Source: Oculina patagonica (lineage: Eukaryota). From it: a stretch of 64,000 bases of DNA. Location: the NCBI RefSeq assembly GCF_052425735.1, contig NC_135764.1, positions 32,922,001-32,986,000 of the forward strand, in the 5' to 3' direction. Shown in pieces: positions 22,801 to 35,476 of this stretch. Made by a program: the position numbers and the translations under genes. Each line of letters opens with the position of its first letter. Position 1 is the first letter of the stretch. The notes beneath the pieces were generated by a model that made no database searches, had not been told where the DNA came from, and was given only the letters and a program-made list of their open reading frames with translations.

Positions 22801-25800
22801 TATTGTGATGCCATCAGGAACTTGAGATCTCAACTTGAAAACGTCAGGCTGATTTTTTCAAGTTTTGTCCTTGGGGAGTGGAAAAATACCTAAAAATTAT
22901 TATGGCTCCCTTATTCCTTCAACAACAATTTACTTTATATCTCCATCTTGATGTACTATGTGCATTTCATGTACGAAAAGATCTATTCGCCAATTTTAGT
23001 ACTTTTTGCCGAAAAGCATTAAAATCCCCGTGACAGTGTCCATTTAATGTCTTACAAGAATTTTTTTCATTTCATTTCTGTTTATTCTGTCAACAGCACT
23101 GCATGACGAATCACCACTTCTTGAAGACAGCCCGTGTACAGTTCATACTGTGGATGTTTTACCTTCACGAGATAGACTCAAAAGGTACTCACTGCTAGTT
23201 TTATTGAAGGAGAACAAGACGCAAAAGCGCGTTTTTCATTTAATTGACTGAAATCAATGCAGAACGGAGATGTTTATACTATTTCACCCAAACTTTACCT
23301 GCTGAGTGGCCTCTCCTTTCCCTAACCAGGTTTGGTCACACAGCCACGCCATTGTCTGACGATGTAGTTCTTCTAACTGGAGGATTTGGTCTCGATAATG
23401 GAAAACACATGCGACTTAATGGCGTTCAGTTACTGCGGACTGTGCAAGGTAACTTTTTAACAATCCTTACCCTCTTTTTGAGGTAACGAAGTTATTGTTT
23501 TCACACCAACCTTTACTATCTGTTGTATTTTTTCCTGTCACTAAATATTTTTCTGTCACTAGTTGTATATTGCAATAGACCTTTCTGCCAATACGGTGGC
23601 CATTTGGAATTCTATTGTCTCAAATAGCTATTATGGGATGTCCAGGGAGCTAATACTGCTTAATGTGCCCCCCTGTGGATCTCATAATGTCTTTAAACGC
23701 TATATCGGTGAAAAGGTCTATTCAGACAAGAAGTGACTACAGTGACTGCTTCGTCGAGATAACTCTATTTATTTTTCTTCCAGGCGTTTGGCACTGTACG
23801 GACGTGACATCAGGTTCAGACAATATACTTGGTAAGAAAAGAAGAAAGAGTTACTGTGTCATGACCGAAGGGCGTTATTTATATCTACATAATTTGCACA
23901 AAAAACGTCCACTGAACGAAAAAGGTTTGTGTAAACTCGACCGAAGTCAACTGAAAAGCGATAAAGCATAGATAGGGCTAATAAAAGATGTTAAAATAAA
24001 GGTTTACCACTTGTTATTCCGATGATAAAGATGATGACGATGACGATGAGGGTGACGTCATCGACGAGACGAAAGCGGCGATTGAAACTGAATTTCATTA
24101 CAACTTGTTTTATCTGTTTCATTTCAGGTGGCCGAATCTTCCACACTGCAACAAGATTAAACAACAATAGTATTTTAATATACGGTGGTCGGACATCCCC
24201 GTCAAAACCATGCGCAGAGACACTTCTGCTATCACTACAGGAGAACAATGAATTAGAATCTTCAAATTGTACAACCGGCAGTGATAACTGCTGTCCCGAG
24301 AATGAACATAAAAGAAGTGAGGACATCCAAGACTCTTATGAAGTGAAAAAGAGTTACAAGTATTCGATTTTAAACTGTCAAGGAGATATTCCACAACCAA
24401 GATGGCGACACAGTGCAACACTTTTTGTCTTTCCTGATGGTACGTCAATTTTCTGTTGTGTGTGTAGAATACCAACGCACTTAAACAAGTATCATTAAAC
24501 AAACACGCAATCCATGGTGAGATAGACTACTTGATATTTACCTGTTTGTTCTTAGTCGTCGGCAAATTCCAATCTTCGGAGATTGGAAAGTTTCTTTTTG
24601 TTGTTGAACTAAGTAAGCAACATACATTATCATGTTTTGGGCGATAACATATATTTTTTACCATAAAACCGTACCGTAATCATTTCGATGCTTTACAAAT
24701 CGCTTCCATTGGAAGCAGAGTTTCTGAGGGTTCCTAACAGTGTACAATGCTGAGCTTAGCCGGAGGAAGAGAAGACTAAGAAGAAAGTAGCAGATATTCC
24801 AGCAAACCCTGGCCCTCCGACCCCCCCTGATAACCTCGTTTTTCCATAATGTTACTTTCTTGTTCTTAGGCAGCGAAAACATACTAGTATTTGGCGGACG
24901 TACCTCAACGTGCCTCGCCCTTGGAGACTGTTATTTACTTGATATAAAATCAAGAACATGGAGTAAGGTATTGTTATTGTCTTAAGGGCAGGTTTACATG
25001 TAATTGCTGGATTTATTTGATTTCCTTGTTTCACTTTCCGTACACTTGGTACAAGATCTCTCTCAGAAGCAAGTAGGCTAGCCTGTAAACGCAGACGTAT
25101 TTCCGGAGAGAAACAACAGCCGGAAATACATCTGCGTTCGCAGGCTACAAAAAGGCCGATACGCCGAAAAATATCGAATTCTGATGCAATCCTTTTGATC
25201 GAGCAATAGCCTGTGATATGGCAACACTGGTACCTTCATAACAGGACATAACGAGAAACGTAGTTTCAAATGGTTTTTTGAAACTAAAATTAACATTTCT
25301 CGAGCTACTTCGAGAGTTGAGCTTGCGTTTAGCTGTCCTATAGTCCATTTGGTTGTGGTTAATCCGTTTCTGGCAAGTTTTTCGGTAATATTGTTTTCGT
25401 GCCAACATATCCAAACCATTTCACCAACTTAAAGATTTGTTATTGAATTTATTAATCCTCAGGTTTTTCTCAGTGGAGATGCCGCTGTGTCGCGTCATTC
25501 CCATACCGCATGTGCGTGGAACAACCATGTAGTACTGGCGGGAGGCCTGGATGCTAGTCTTCATGCCCTTGACACGGTTCAGATAATAGATATGCAAGTA
25601 AGGAAGTAATCTGCGCTGCATGTCAAGTTAAGTTAATTTTAGATCAATTTGTGCAAAAACGTTTGCCAAAATTTTATCGGTCAAAAAAAAAATATTTCAT
25701 TCTCAGATTTTATGCTTGCATTTCATGTTAAAAGAAGTTTGACAAAAGCGTGACGTAGCACCTTAAATCAAACAATTCATCCGTTTTTTTTTTTCTAACA

Positions 25801-27194
25801 GATGAACTCTATGACGCTACGGACGTTACAGATTGAACCGCCCTTACCACCAAGGTAATACGTCATCATAGATACATGCTTTTGTAGGGTATGCCAGGAA
25901 AATGCTTACAAGCGAATTTTCAGTTTGGAAATGAACCTTGAGACGAAATACAAGAATATTTATGGTATACCACGAGAAAACAATTGGTCAGTAGTTTATT
26001 CCATGTCAGGTTTTCACGGGAAATTACTGAAAGCCGAGGTACAAATAAACGCGGCGCATTTTGGCGGGAAGTGTTACATCCTCGACGCGGGAAATTATGG
26101 CGGGAAACAATTGCAACTACTAATAGTTGTGACGGACGCGGCAGTTTGGATTATGGCGGGAAAAGGACGGGCGCAAATTGTGGCGGGAAAACACCGTTGC
26201 ATACAACTAGTGGGATACGTTGAATATGAAACAGCTTTCTAGCTTTCTGATTGGCTGAGCCATTTGTGACATGCGATAATAAGTGACATTTATATGTAAT
26301 TTCTCCCACAGTATATACTGAAAACTACTTTATGTAAAACAATAGAAACAAAACTTTGCCCACCATCTACATTGTTTGTTTTATGGCGTTTTTTTTCGTA
26401 AGAAATCGATTACGGTAAGCCTTAAACGTGTGTTTATTGGAAAATAGAATTTAAGGCTGAATCTGTGTTCTGGATCTGCGAGCAAGTGGTTTACATTTTA
26501 ATAATCCTGGTGTACTGTTTTTCTTTCAGATACTCACACACAGCTCATGTTATTCATGACAGCCTTATACTTGTTGGTGGTGTAACGCCAAACTCTTGCC
26601 ACCCTCCTGGGGTGGTTGTTCTTCATCTGAAGTCCCTAACTTGGAAATCCTATACTCTACCGGTTAGTTTAACCTTATTAACTTGTCTTTTTCGTACTCA
26701 CATTGTTCTGAATGGGTGTAAAATGGGGTATTTGTAAATTAAGCTGCGTGCTCAAGGTTTCTATCGGCTGTCGGTTGGCGAAGGGCGAATCCCAGAGTCA
26801 ACTATCAAAGTCGTTAGAAACGGAGAGCAAGCAGTCTCATTGTTTTAGCATACCCAGAGGCTGTTCTATTAAACATAGAACTGTTAAAGCTGATTCATTA
26901 ACGTGCGCGCTCCGATAGCCTACTATCGATCAATATAGTAGGTGACTGTGATTTTCAAATAGTCTGTCACTGGGAAATGCTAACAAATGATAGCCTCGTG
27001 TTTAATGTTGTTCTGCTCTCTTCTCTTTCAAGACGTGCACAGCACCTTCGATGCCTTTGATGCTTCATAATCACCGCAGTGTTTGCTGGGAAGATTCGCA
27101 AGGCATCATGGTTCTGGGCGGAGGAGGGAACTGTTTTTCATTCGGGACTCATTTGAATGACGGGCCGGTGTTTATTGACCTTCCTCTGCTTTGA
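13854..27194 (+). CDS. LCMT2: tRNA wybutosine-synthesizing protein 4 / leucine carboxyl methyltransferase 2 (multi-exon)
   Basis: Exons encode VQGTND..LSK....GYYEDKFLQYFV...RRAPIIHR (~14529), the SAM motif IVSLGAGFDT (~15572), LEPFDEFE-EWHLMCSHY (~21970/22477), kelch repeats (RFGHTA, RIFHTA, RWRHSA, RHSHTA, RYSHTA) and C-terminal GGGGNCFSFGT. Stop TGA at 27192-27194. Confidence 0.93.
14168..14457. mobile_element. MITE (PIF/Harbinger-like) in LCMT2 intron 1
   Basis: Perfect TIRs GGGCCATTCCATTTTATATCCA / TGGATATAAAATGGAATGGCCC. Confidence 0.8.
16553..16845 (+). mobile_element. tRNA-derived SINE with a CORE/MIR-like central block
   Basis: tRNA-like head, then TTCTTGGGCAAGACACTTTACTCTCACAGTGCCTCTCTCCACCCAGGTGTA. 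A second copy lies at ~39045-39825 and a reverse fragment at ~2590-2650. Confidence 0.75.
18671..19615 (-). CDS. Class A (rhodopsin-family) GPCR, melatonin-receptor-like; intronless CDS nested antisense in an LCMT2 intron
   Basis: Seven hydrophobic segments with GN (TM1), LAMSD (TM2), WPFG..C, NRY, CWTP and NPLIY. The ATG at 19615 follows a polypyrimidine/AG acceptor. There is no opsin Lys in TM7. Confidence 0.92.
   Translation of the reverse strand: MPDTLDRKRSIEESLGNRETWMIAAETTGAFIIVILATIGNIILCLAIYRCRALRKIQNYYIVALAMSDLILTVLCVPMGLAVVILGRWPFGDALCQIQGIVTYYFACFSVLTFTLIALNRYVKMIRSVNIYQKAYTRNCVLLSIAACAIFSGVFVIPFVSQRFCFHPGKLACFVCKSRNKKEQALILGPYSVLIAMTYPVIIFCYYKVFRKVRSHFTQIATSSLHEDNAKSFAEEVKITKILFAVLIAFVICWTPGFTIEFLDTLQGEYSLARQVYLILPFTGAASCAINPLIYGVMQKRFRDTYKKILTCKN
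20910..20956 (-). ncRNA. Type I hammerhead ribozyme
   Basis: The minus strand reads GGTCT-CTGATGA-GTCTC-TTGGCG-GAGAC-GAAA-CA-TGCG-TG-TC^AGACC. The conserved core is complete, stems I and II are perfect 5-bp helices, stem III is short, and the cleavage triplet is GUC. Confidence 0.9.
22671..23043. mobile_element. MITE with a TTAA target duplication (Kolobok/piggyBac-type)
   Basis: TTAA-AGGGACACTGTCAC ... GTGACAGTGTCCAT-TTAA. Confidence 0.75.
25079..25147. repeat. Short hairpin (fold-back) MITE
   Basis: TAGCCTG..AACGCAGACGTATTTCCGG / CCGGAAATACATCTGCGTT..CAGGCTA. Confidence 0.7.
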
Positions 27195-29387
27195 TCGGCA
27201 GTATTCGAATATTCACAATCCATGTTGGCATCCTGATTCCAATGTTGTAAACTGCAAGGTCAAGCCTAAAGAACGAAGAGAATTTAAACCGAAAAAAAGA
27301 TAAAGGCCTCGAAATTCTACGAAAAAAATACACCCATGGTACAAAGGTCAGAATTGTGAGAGGAAAATGCAAGTGCTGAACTGGCAAGTGCCATTCGTGA
27401 CGTCATGCTCAAGGTCACACTAGTATAGTCACACTAGTATGTTCATGGTCACGCTAGTGATCTGGCGTAAAGCTGTCGTGTGTGCGTGCAGGTTTGCATT
27501 TTTAAAACTCAAACTATTGATTATATTTTTCACATCACGGCCGCCATGTCAGAACTTCAGTTTGTCTCCAGTTGTTTAAAATTTCTTAAAGCTGAAGAAT
27601 TTAGTCATTTCACCATGTCGTTTTCTTAGAGCTTAGGACGGTATAAATTGCACCAAGATGTACATAGACCCCGAGCAAGTCATTAAACCCCATGTTCATC
27701 AACTTTCTTGTTTCGCCGTTATGCCTTATGGTTTGTTTTAAACTTTTCATTTTTCGTTATAAGTGAAAATGAAAATACCGTTTAGGCTATAAACAGTCCC
27801 CCCCCCCCCCCCCCCCCATACGCCGAGTGATATTGTCCTTTTTCAGTCCTCCAGTTCACGCGCGAAATTATTCAAGATAGCTGCTTCAACATGTTCAAGA
27901 TCGGACGTGAGGGCCGGACTAATCCAGCGCTAAAAATAGAAGGACTTTGCTCAGTCGTATTTCAAAACATTCAGGATAAAATCGACAAGCAGCATATATA
28001 TGATAACCATCGCTGTTTTTCTTTTTAAGTGTTTTGATCAGTGCCTCTAATTAACGTCTAATGTTCCTTGTCGGTAAATCGCGGGATTTTGCAAGAGTTA
28101 TTGTTGTCGTTTTAATAAAAATATGCACGTAGTGTACTTGACTGAATTGAGTAACCATCAGTTCTTCAAAGTTAATTATGTTTCTTGGGAATACAGTATT
28201 GCACATTCTTCCACTGCAGCAGATTTCACAACAACAATTTTACAGTACGCTTATGACAAAATTACTCAATTTTGATTGGTCGAGGGCAGTACTATTAATC
28301 CCACAATGTATTCCGTTAGGAATACCTGTTATTTTTCAATGCGAAGTGCACTTTTGTGTTTTTCAAAACGTCACTTGTACGTGCTTGTACGCTTGATGGG
28401 TTTTACTCTGCAATGTAGATGGTTTTATTTTTAGCAAATAAAGAGTTATTCCAAAGTGCTCACGATGCATGAAAAACGTCAGGGCACGAAATCGATGTAG
28501 AGACACGTACACAAAGTTTGCGATGATCACGAAATCTTCTCTATTACGTAATTTTGCTGAATATAGCGTACTGTAAATAAACATTCGCACGACCTCATGC
28601 AAATCGTGATTAATAGGTTCTCTTCGCAAATTTCACATGGCAGGTGCATTTTTTGAGAACCTTTAATTTCATAACAACATTCAAAGCAACAGCACCACTT
28701 ATACAAATGAAAATTTGAGGCATTGTCGTTTACCGTATACCAGTTTTAAAATTTCCAAACGTGACTGGGGCGTGTTTTTAATTGAGAAAAGATGGTCCCA
28801 GTAGGGCTTAGGTACTTGGCTCCGAATTAAAAAAATATAGCTCTGCAGGACAGAAAAAAGAAGACCAAATCTCGATAACATTATTTCCCGGAGGTTACGA
28901 AATAAACTCAACCATTCAGGTCTCCAGGGAGCCCCCTTTGGGACCGAAAGAATCAGGTGCGTGTAGCGGTGCGTGTTTGTTTGCGTAATAATTAACAGCA
29001 ATTTGTTTATTCCATTCGTCAAAATCATTTTTCAGTGATGGGGTAAAATGCGGTGTTTTTTCCCTTAAAGTTTGACCTTACGCAAAGATTTTTAGAGTAA
29101 TCTATACCTAATTGGGAGAATTCGCACGACCTGGAATGCTTTCCTGAAAACCTTTTTTACTCGATCTCGCTAGTACGTGTTGAAAATCATAATGCCATCA
29201 CGACAAACAATGATATCTGCTCTTTGCCCAGTAATTAACGCCTTGCGAAAATAGAATTGCGAAAGGTCTCATGACCTTTGTTGAGATTTGTAAAGCCTCT
29301 TCAAAATCTATCATCTGGAAATACTACAGCACACGAGCGCGGAATTTCATTGGATGCAACACATGACGGCTTGGGCACGAAGCCGCC

Positions 29388-29398
29388 CTATATAAAGA
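29388..29398 (+). promoter_or_regulatory. TATA box of the small intronless gene
   Basis: CTATATAAAG about 95 bp upstream of the ATG at 29486. Confidence 0.6.
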
Positions 29399-29485
29399 AG
29401 CACTTGGCACGTTTTTCTTTCACAAATAAACTTCAGTCGACCGAGGAAGGGTATTTGCAAGCTTCGCTCCTTCACTGTTTTAACC

Positions 29486-29887
29486 ATGGCAGGCTCTCCG
29501 TGCGAGTACGAGCCCATGAAGGTTTCTTTGGGCACTCTTCCAGAATTCCACGAGGAAATGAAGAGCTATGATCTCAAAGTTGGCGGTCAAGTCCCAGCTG
29601 AAGCTAAGAAAGTTTTCGTGTATACATTCGTCACTACGAACGGAGAGGGCGACTTTCAGCGGGGCTACTACGAGATTTCCACGAGTAAGGGAGGCAAACA
29701 GTACACGCAGTACATGAATGTGGCCACCGGACAAGGCGTGAAAGCTGTAAACTCCGCAAACATGTGGCTTCCGATGGGAGACGGCAAGTTAACAGTGAAG
29801 CTGGTGCACGCTGAAGGCAAGAAGAGCATTGCAAGTGGCGAACACAAAGATTGGAGCGAGCTGTTTGTTATCGGTTACAAATGTTAG
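29486..29887 (+). CDS. Uncharacterised 133-aa intronless protein, predicted beta-rich
   Basis: Good Kozak context (ACCATGG), GC3-rich codons against AT-rich flanks, an upstream TATA box and downstream ATTAAA. No signal peptide. Confidence 0.8.
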   Translation: MAGSPCEYEPMKVSLGTLPEFHEEMKSYDLKVGGQVPAEAKKVFVYTFVTTNGEGDFQRGYYEISTSKGGKQYTQYMNVATGQGVKAVNSANMWLPMGDGKLTVKLVHAEGKKSIASGEHKDWSELFVIGYKC

Positions 29888-31348
29888 TTGAAGCTGAAAG
29901 ACTTATTTTCTTCTCGAAGAGAACATATTTGACGAGAAACTGTTGTAGCGAGCTCAAAGCAAAAAGAGAAACATTAAACACGTGTAGCTACTTGTAGCTC
30001 TAGATATGACGCTATCAACGAACACGTATATGGACCTTGTGTGACAATTGATGTATTTTGTTACTGAAATGTAATCAAACCGCGAAGAATAATATATTAA
30101 ACGCAGCTATTCGAGGTTAAAAGGTCGTTTCATTGATTTCATCTTTCGATTTGTGTACAACATGACAGGGAGGTTTGCGCAATACTTTGTTTCCCGCGAG
30201 GGGAGGGGGCGGGTGTTTTCCAGGTATGCCATACTGATTCGATTTTGCGCCCGCGTACCAATAAGCCTCCCCCTTCCCTCAATGAAATTCGCCTCCCCCC
30301 CCCCCCCAAATAAAAAAAAAGGAAGTCGAGAGAAGTTTTGTAATAAACGCCCCTATTCTACATAGTGCCTCAAATCTTATAAACGCACCCCACACCCATT
30401 TCACGATTGGGCTATGTCGCCGGCTTTCCCAGAGGTAGCCCCCGGGCTTACCAGATCTTAACAGGGAAAAGGACTTTGAATACAGCGGGACTCAATAGGC
30501 CTTATGCATGGTAACGTCATATGCTCAAAATTCACCACCAAGCCTCGTTTACGCGAATTATTTTCGACCTTCGGCCACCTTCATGCAGTTTTCACGTGGG
30601 TATTCTTTTTATCTTTGCTGCTTTGGGAATTTGTTCATGATAAAATTTGCAAGTTTTCCTTTCGAAAGCGAGGCTTGGTGGTGAAACTAGCCAGGCTGAC
30701 GTAAACATGCATCAGGGCTATTTAATTTTTGCCCTGTGGGTAGGAAGGAACATCCATTTGTTAAAAACAAAAAAAGCTCAATATGAAATTACAAGACATG
30801 AAGGCAAATGGGAAAATTTCCGTCAATTGTTTGACGACTCCATTAATTTTTTTCAACAGTTTTATTTGGACAAAACATTTTACAATATCGTCACCATGAA
30901 ACGACAAACAGCTTAACCTGACACTATAAAACATAAAAACACATTCAAAATAGGTTACACAGTCCGTTCAACTTTTACGGTTTCTGTTTTTGTTTTCTTT
31001 TGGTTTTATTTATTAGCTTTATGGACGTACATAAATTTTACACATTCATGATCACTTACATTCAACTCGGTGATCAATTTGTTGAAAATCAGGAGCCATA
31101 ATCGGGGACGTACCCGATCTATTTTTATATATGGCTCCCGTTGAAAATACAAATTAAAAAATGCTGGCATATACAATCGCAGGAACAAGTCCCGTATTTG
31201 GCAAATCTTCGATGACACATACGTAAGTTTCGGAGTTTTATTAACCCAATTAAAAAACAATTTTGTCCTCAGAGCCCGCCTTCGGATCAGGTAACAAGAG
31301 GAACGAAGGCTCTGGAAACGAATTGTTTTAAGAAATAGCGCAAGCTGG

Positions 31349-31653
31349 CCCGGTGTCCTAGCCGATTTTGACCCCCGGGAGTCAATATTTGCTAGCGGAT
31401 TTTGTCCCCCCTTCGCGAATTTTGATCCCCCGTCAAAAGTGATCATACTTCGCTATCGTACTCCTGGAGTACAACGGAGTTCGCGTTTTTCTAAGACTTT
31501 GTGTTACCGTTAGTTGCAACTGTTTTTGTTCATATTAAGGCGTAATTAAAAGTAAGAATTTAGAATTTGTTTCATATCGACGTTGATTAAGACTGAGAGA
31601 GTAAGCTTAAATAACAATTGTTGAGGGGGGGACAAAATCCGCTGTGACACAGG
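31349..31653. mobile_element. MITE-like element
   Basis: Inverted CCGGTGTC..AGCGGATTTTGTCCCCCC / GGGGGGACAAAATCCGCTGTGACACAGG. Confidence 0.6.
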
Positions 31654-31655
31654 CT

Positions 31656-32134
31656 CTAGACTTGCTCCAAGTCGCTCGTTTGATTCGCAGGAGACCACTG
31701 GATACGGAAACGGAGGGCGCGCGCGGGCATAAAAATCAAAATGGCGGCGATCGTGGCGGAACGAGCGACCTCTTTCCGAGCCATTCATCGACGCACAGAC
31801 AAATGAATTTCGCGCGGTCTCTCACGTGCGATTTCAAAGCGAGCTTAGGGACGGACCATTATTTTTTGGAGGGGGGGGGGGGATGAAAAATATTGAAAAA
31901 AATTGTTTGCAGGGCCTGGAAAGACAAAATAAATTGTTTGCAAACACGATATGTATAACAAAGATTAGTAAGAAATTCGAAAAAAAATGTTTGCAGAGGT
32001 GCATAAACTAAAAAAAAAAAGTTTGCAGAGGAAAATTTTTCATCCCCCCCCCCCCCTCCTCCAAGAAAATAATGGTCCGTCCCTTACTCAAGTAACTCTA
32101 TCGTCACGAAACGAGCGACTTGGAGCAAGTCTAG
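31656..32134. mobile_element. MITE with 26-bp TIRs carrying a nested MITE
   Basis: CTAGACTTGCTCCAAGTCGCTCGTTT / AAACGAGCGACTTGGAGCAAGTCTAG. Confidence 0.85.
31848..32083. mobile_element. Nested PIF/Harbinger-type MITE with a TTA target duplication
   Basis: TTA-GGGACGGACCATTATTTT ... AAAATAATGGTCCGTCCC-TTA. Confidence 0.85.
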
Positions 32135-32148
32135 CCCGGCTCATACAC

Positions 32149-34234
32149 TCAATAAAATGGAAACTGCACGCTCTCTTGATGGCGGGCCAGTGTTTCTTGG
32201 AAGCAGCAAGGATATGTGTCTTGTGGTGCGGGATGTTGGTCCAAGACTTGGACCTGCTCTGGTGAGAAGTAAGGAAATGGCACAGGCTCACCAGCATTTG
32301 GTGGCTCTCTCCGCCAGCGGTACCGTCGCTTCTTAAACCAGTTCTGTAGATTTAGGAACACGAAATTCTACTTGAATAAAATGTTTGAAAGGATAATTAA
32401 ATCGCGGCCTTGCAAAAAGAAAATTAACTGTTAAGGGATGAAGCGTTTGATGAAATTAATTGTATTTCCATCACGTCTGACTGAATTGCTTATTGACCTC
32501 AGTAAAACACCTCACATCCTTACAAGTTCCGTTTGTTCATTATTAATTCTTGTTCGAAAAATAGTTAATGCCCGGCAAAAAGGGCGAAGAGTTTGAAAAA
32601 TGCGAAAGGGCATTAATGGAATTGTCTAATGCAGTCAGTTTTACTAGCTTTGTATGCAAATTTAATTTTTAAAACAGCATTCGATTCGGCCAGGCTTATC
32701 ACCAAAGTTTGATTGCCAAGTCCGAGACTGTAAGCCAAGTGAGCCCGCACTGCTTGTGTAGGATATGGATTGCGGTGAAATGCATACTCCAGCTCAAGCT
32801 TCTGATGCAAAGATATCTTTGTTCGCACTGCAGCACGTTTTACTGGCCGGACATGTTTCAACTCGTTCTCGTCCTTCGCGGCAGTTTCTTTCGGGTCTTG
32901 AGTGTTGGCATTAGCTGATCCTGATAAGAAACAAAAGGAAGTTTATGTAAAGAAATGGCCGCTATGACTGATATTATTCAAAAATCGAAAATTAAAAATG
33001 TCATTGTAACAAAATTTCTCTTTACTTCTTCAGGGAAGGATTTAGCCATCGAACGTATAAGGGGGAGGGTTGGATGCCAACCCCCATCCCCGAGCTACTT
33101 AAAGGGTGGGCGCTTATTCGAGGGTGGGCGCCTAATGGAATAAATATAGTAACTTTGTGTTGCCGAAACTTTCGGTAGCTTTTCATTCATCCCTCGCGGA
33201 AATTTTCAGCAGGAATTATAGCAAGCTTGTTTTTTACAGTCCGAAAAGAAGCTGATTGGCTGCGAGAGAGCCAGAAGAGATTACGTCACAAGGAAGCCAA
33301 TTTTGACGGTTTACGAGTCACGGAACTGGTTCAAACTTTGATGCAAATTTACTCGACACAGTTTTACTTGTAAATTTTTAGGTAGCCTAAGTGTAAATTT
33401 GGAATGTTTTTTTTTTGGTATTAATTCAGAGAAAACCGCTCAGATCAGATTGTAACTGTATCTATTCGTTATTTCCTGCACCCAAAAGGAAAGAATTGAC
33501 AATAAATTGAGTGTGGATCAACTGTTCTTGGTCAAGATTTTGGTCTTCAAGGCCAGATGATGAAAAAAAAGGTTTAAGGAGCTATATTGAACTAAATAAA
33601 AATCATTCACTAAACAACTTGGTACAGGGATACGACAGCTACGATTCTTGAAAAGGAAACAACAGCTCGCAAATTTGGGTTACGAGACTTTGTTCTCAAA
33701 AAGTTTCTTCCATTTAAATATTCAGCGAAAAGATCTAAGTGCGTTAATTTACACGGATATCCTTTAAAAGATTCTAAACGATACAGGGAAACAGAACAAA
33801 GGGATTCCAACACTTTTTACTGAAACATTTCTCGTTGGGTGCTCCTGAAAATTGAATGGCGCAAAAATCAAAAATCATTTCTTGTATTACACATCCGTTG
33901 AGCAGACAAACTTGAGATTTAAAAGTTCTTGTCATTTTGGACCACTAGTGTTTCGGTGGCCAGTTTGTTCATACGCTCCCACGCCTTTGTTTCGTCAAAG
34001 TTATTATAAGTGACTGAATTGTGAAAAAATGAGCGCCGGCGAAGGTTCAGATCGCCGCACGCCGCGACAAAGCAGTGTTAGTGTAGCTACTAACTTACCG
34101 AGGTTTTGTGCTATGCTTTGCTCCAGTTCAACGTTAAACCTGGCCAGATTATCATGCCCTTCAGAGACACCTGGCTCGAGATCTAACATGGGCTCCTTCA
34201 GAAATGAATAGAATGAAGATTGAGGGCCGTCCAT
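32149..34234 (-). CDS. Divergent homeobox gene (PRD-like, K50), possibly degenerating. Exons: 34234-34099, 32920-~32700, 32343-32149
   Basis: Homeodomain KRAAVRTKISLHQKLELEYAFHRNPYPTQAVRAHLAYSLGLGNQTL(V)|NWFKKRRYRWRR, with an intron at the PRD-typical codon 46/47 position. The exon 1-2 junction is in frame. Confidence 0.8.
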
Positions 34235-35476
34235 TTTTTCCCGTTGTGCTTAGGAGACAATAACGTCAGCGCCGACACACGAAAATGGTAACAATTGCCA
34301 ATCAAAGTGTACTAAGTATGCAAACAACTAGCTTGGAACCAGTCTCTTCAAATCACGACTGACCAACGCGTGTGGAGCCTTGGGAAGAGTCATAAACTGC
34401 ATGCAGAAGGTTCCACGGCGAGCGTTATCCAGGGCACTGCAGATCGAACTCCAAATGAAAAAAGTTCATTTTGTTTACAGGAAATCAAACTTCGATAAAT
34501 CTACTTAACCAAGCTAGAAGATTTAAGTTCCCATAAAAAAAATTCCTCACAATACATGCTTAGGTGTATATCTAAAAACTTTCATGAAGAAGTGAACTTG
34601 TATTAGTTGTTATATAATAGCTGAGGTTCTCGGGGTATCTTTCTTACAGAAAAAAGTTATTAATTTTTTATCAGAAAAAGATAAATTCCGTATCTTGTAT
34701 CGGTTATAAGTTAGCGCAAATTTTCAGTTCTTGTGCGCGCAAATAAAATACATGTGTGTTGCCATAACCTCGCTTCTCAGTCTGTATATAATATATATAC
34801 CTTGGCAATTTCAAAAAAGAAATAAATCCTATCATTAGGCTCTGTTAAAGATCATAGCATGTCATTTCGCTCCCTCAGATGGTTCTCTCTACGCCGGCGT
34901 CTCGGGAAGTGAAACGATATGGCCAGGGTTCTTCAAACACGCTTTTAAGTGATAAAAAATAAAAGAAATAGCCATTTTCAAAACGTAAATTCCCTAAAAT
35001 TAAAAGTCATGCGCTAGAAATATTTAAAAAGGGAAATGTTTTTGATCACACGTAAAACATTAGGCAATTGACCATTTGGCACGTTATTTGCACTCTAATG
35101 TGTAAAGCTTTATAATTCGTTCTTATGCACATATGCAGATGCGCCGCAAATATTCTTCATGCTATGACCTTTTTTAAGTACCAAATATTCACATGTTTCA
35201 AACATTTCTTCGTTTTGCTGAAAAAAGACGTATTGTGAAAAAGAATGTTTAAATCGCAGCTTCTCGTTAGCGTAATTCACGTCGAACGGATATTTTTACG
35301 TTGACATTCCTTGAACTTAGTAAAAGTCGCTATAATTAACCAATCGGGTGAAGGAATTGATGCGAAAAAATGCGACAAAATGTGCGAGAATTTTGTATAA
35401 AACCTCAGACTCCACTCTCGCATTGATAAGTGTTTCGTGGTCGTTAGTCAGCGAGAAGCCAAGGGAAATATTCTCG

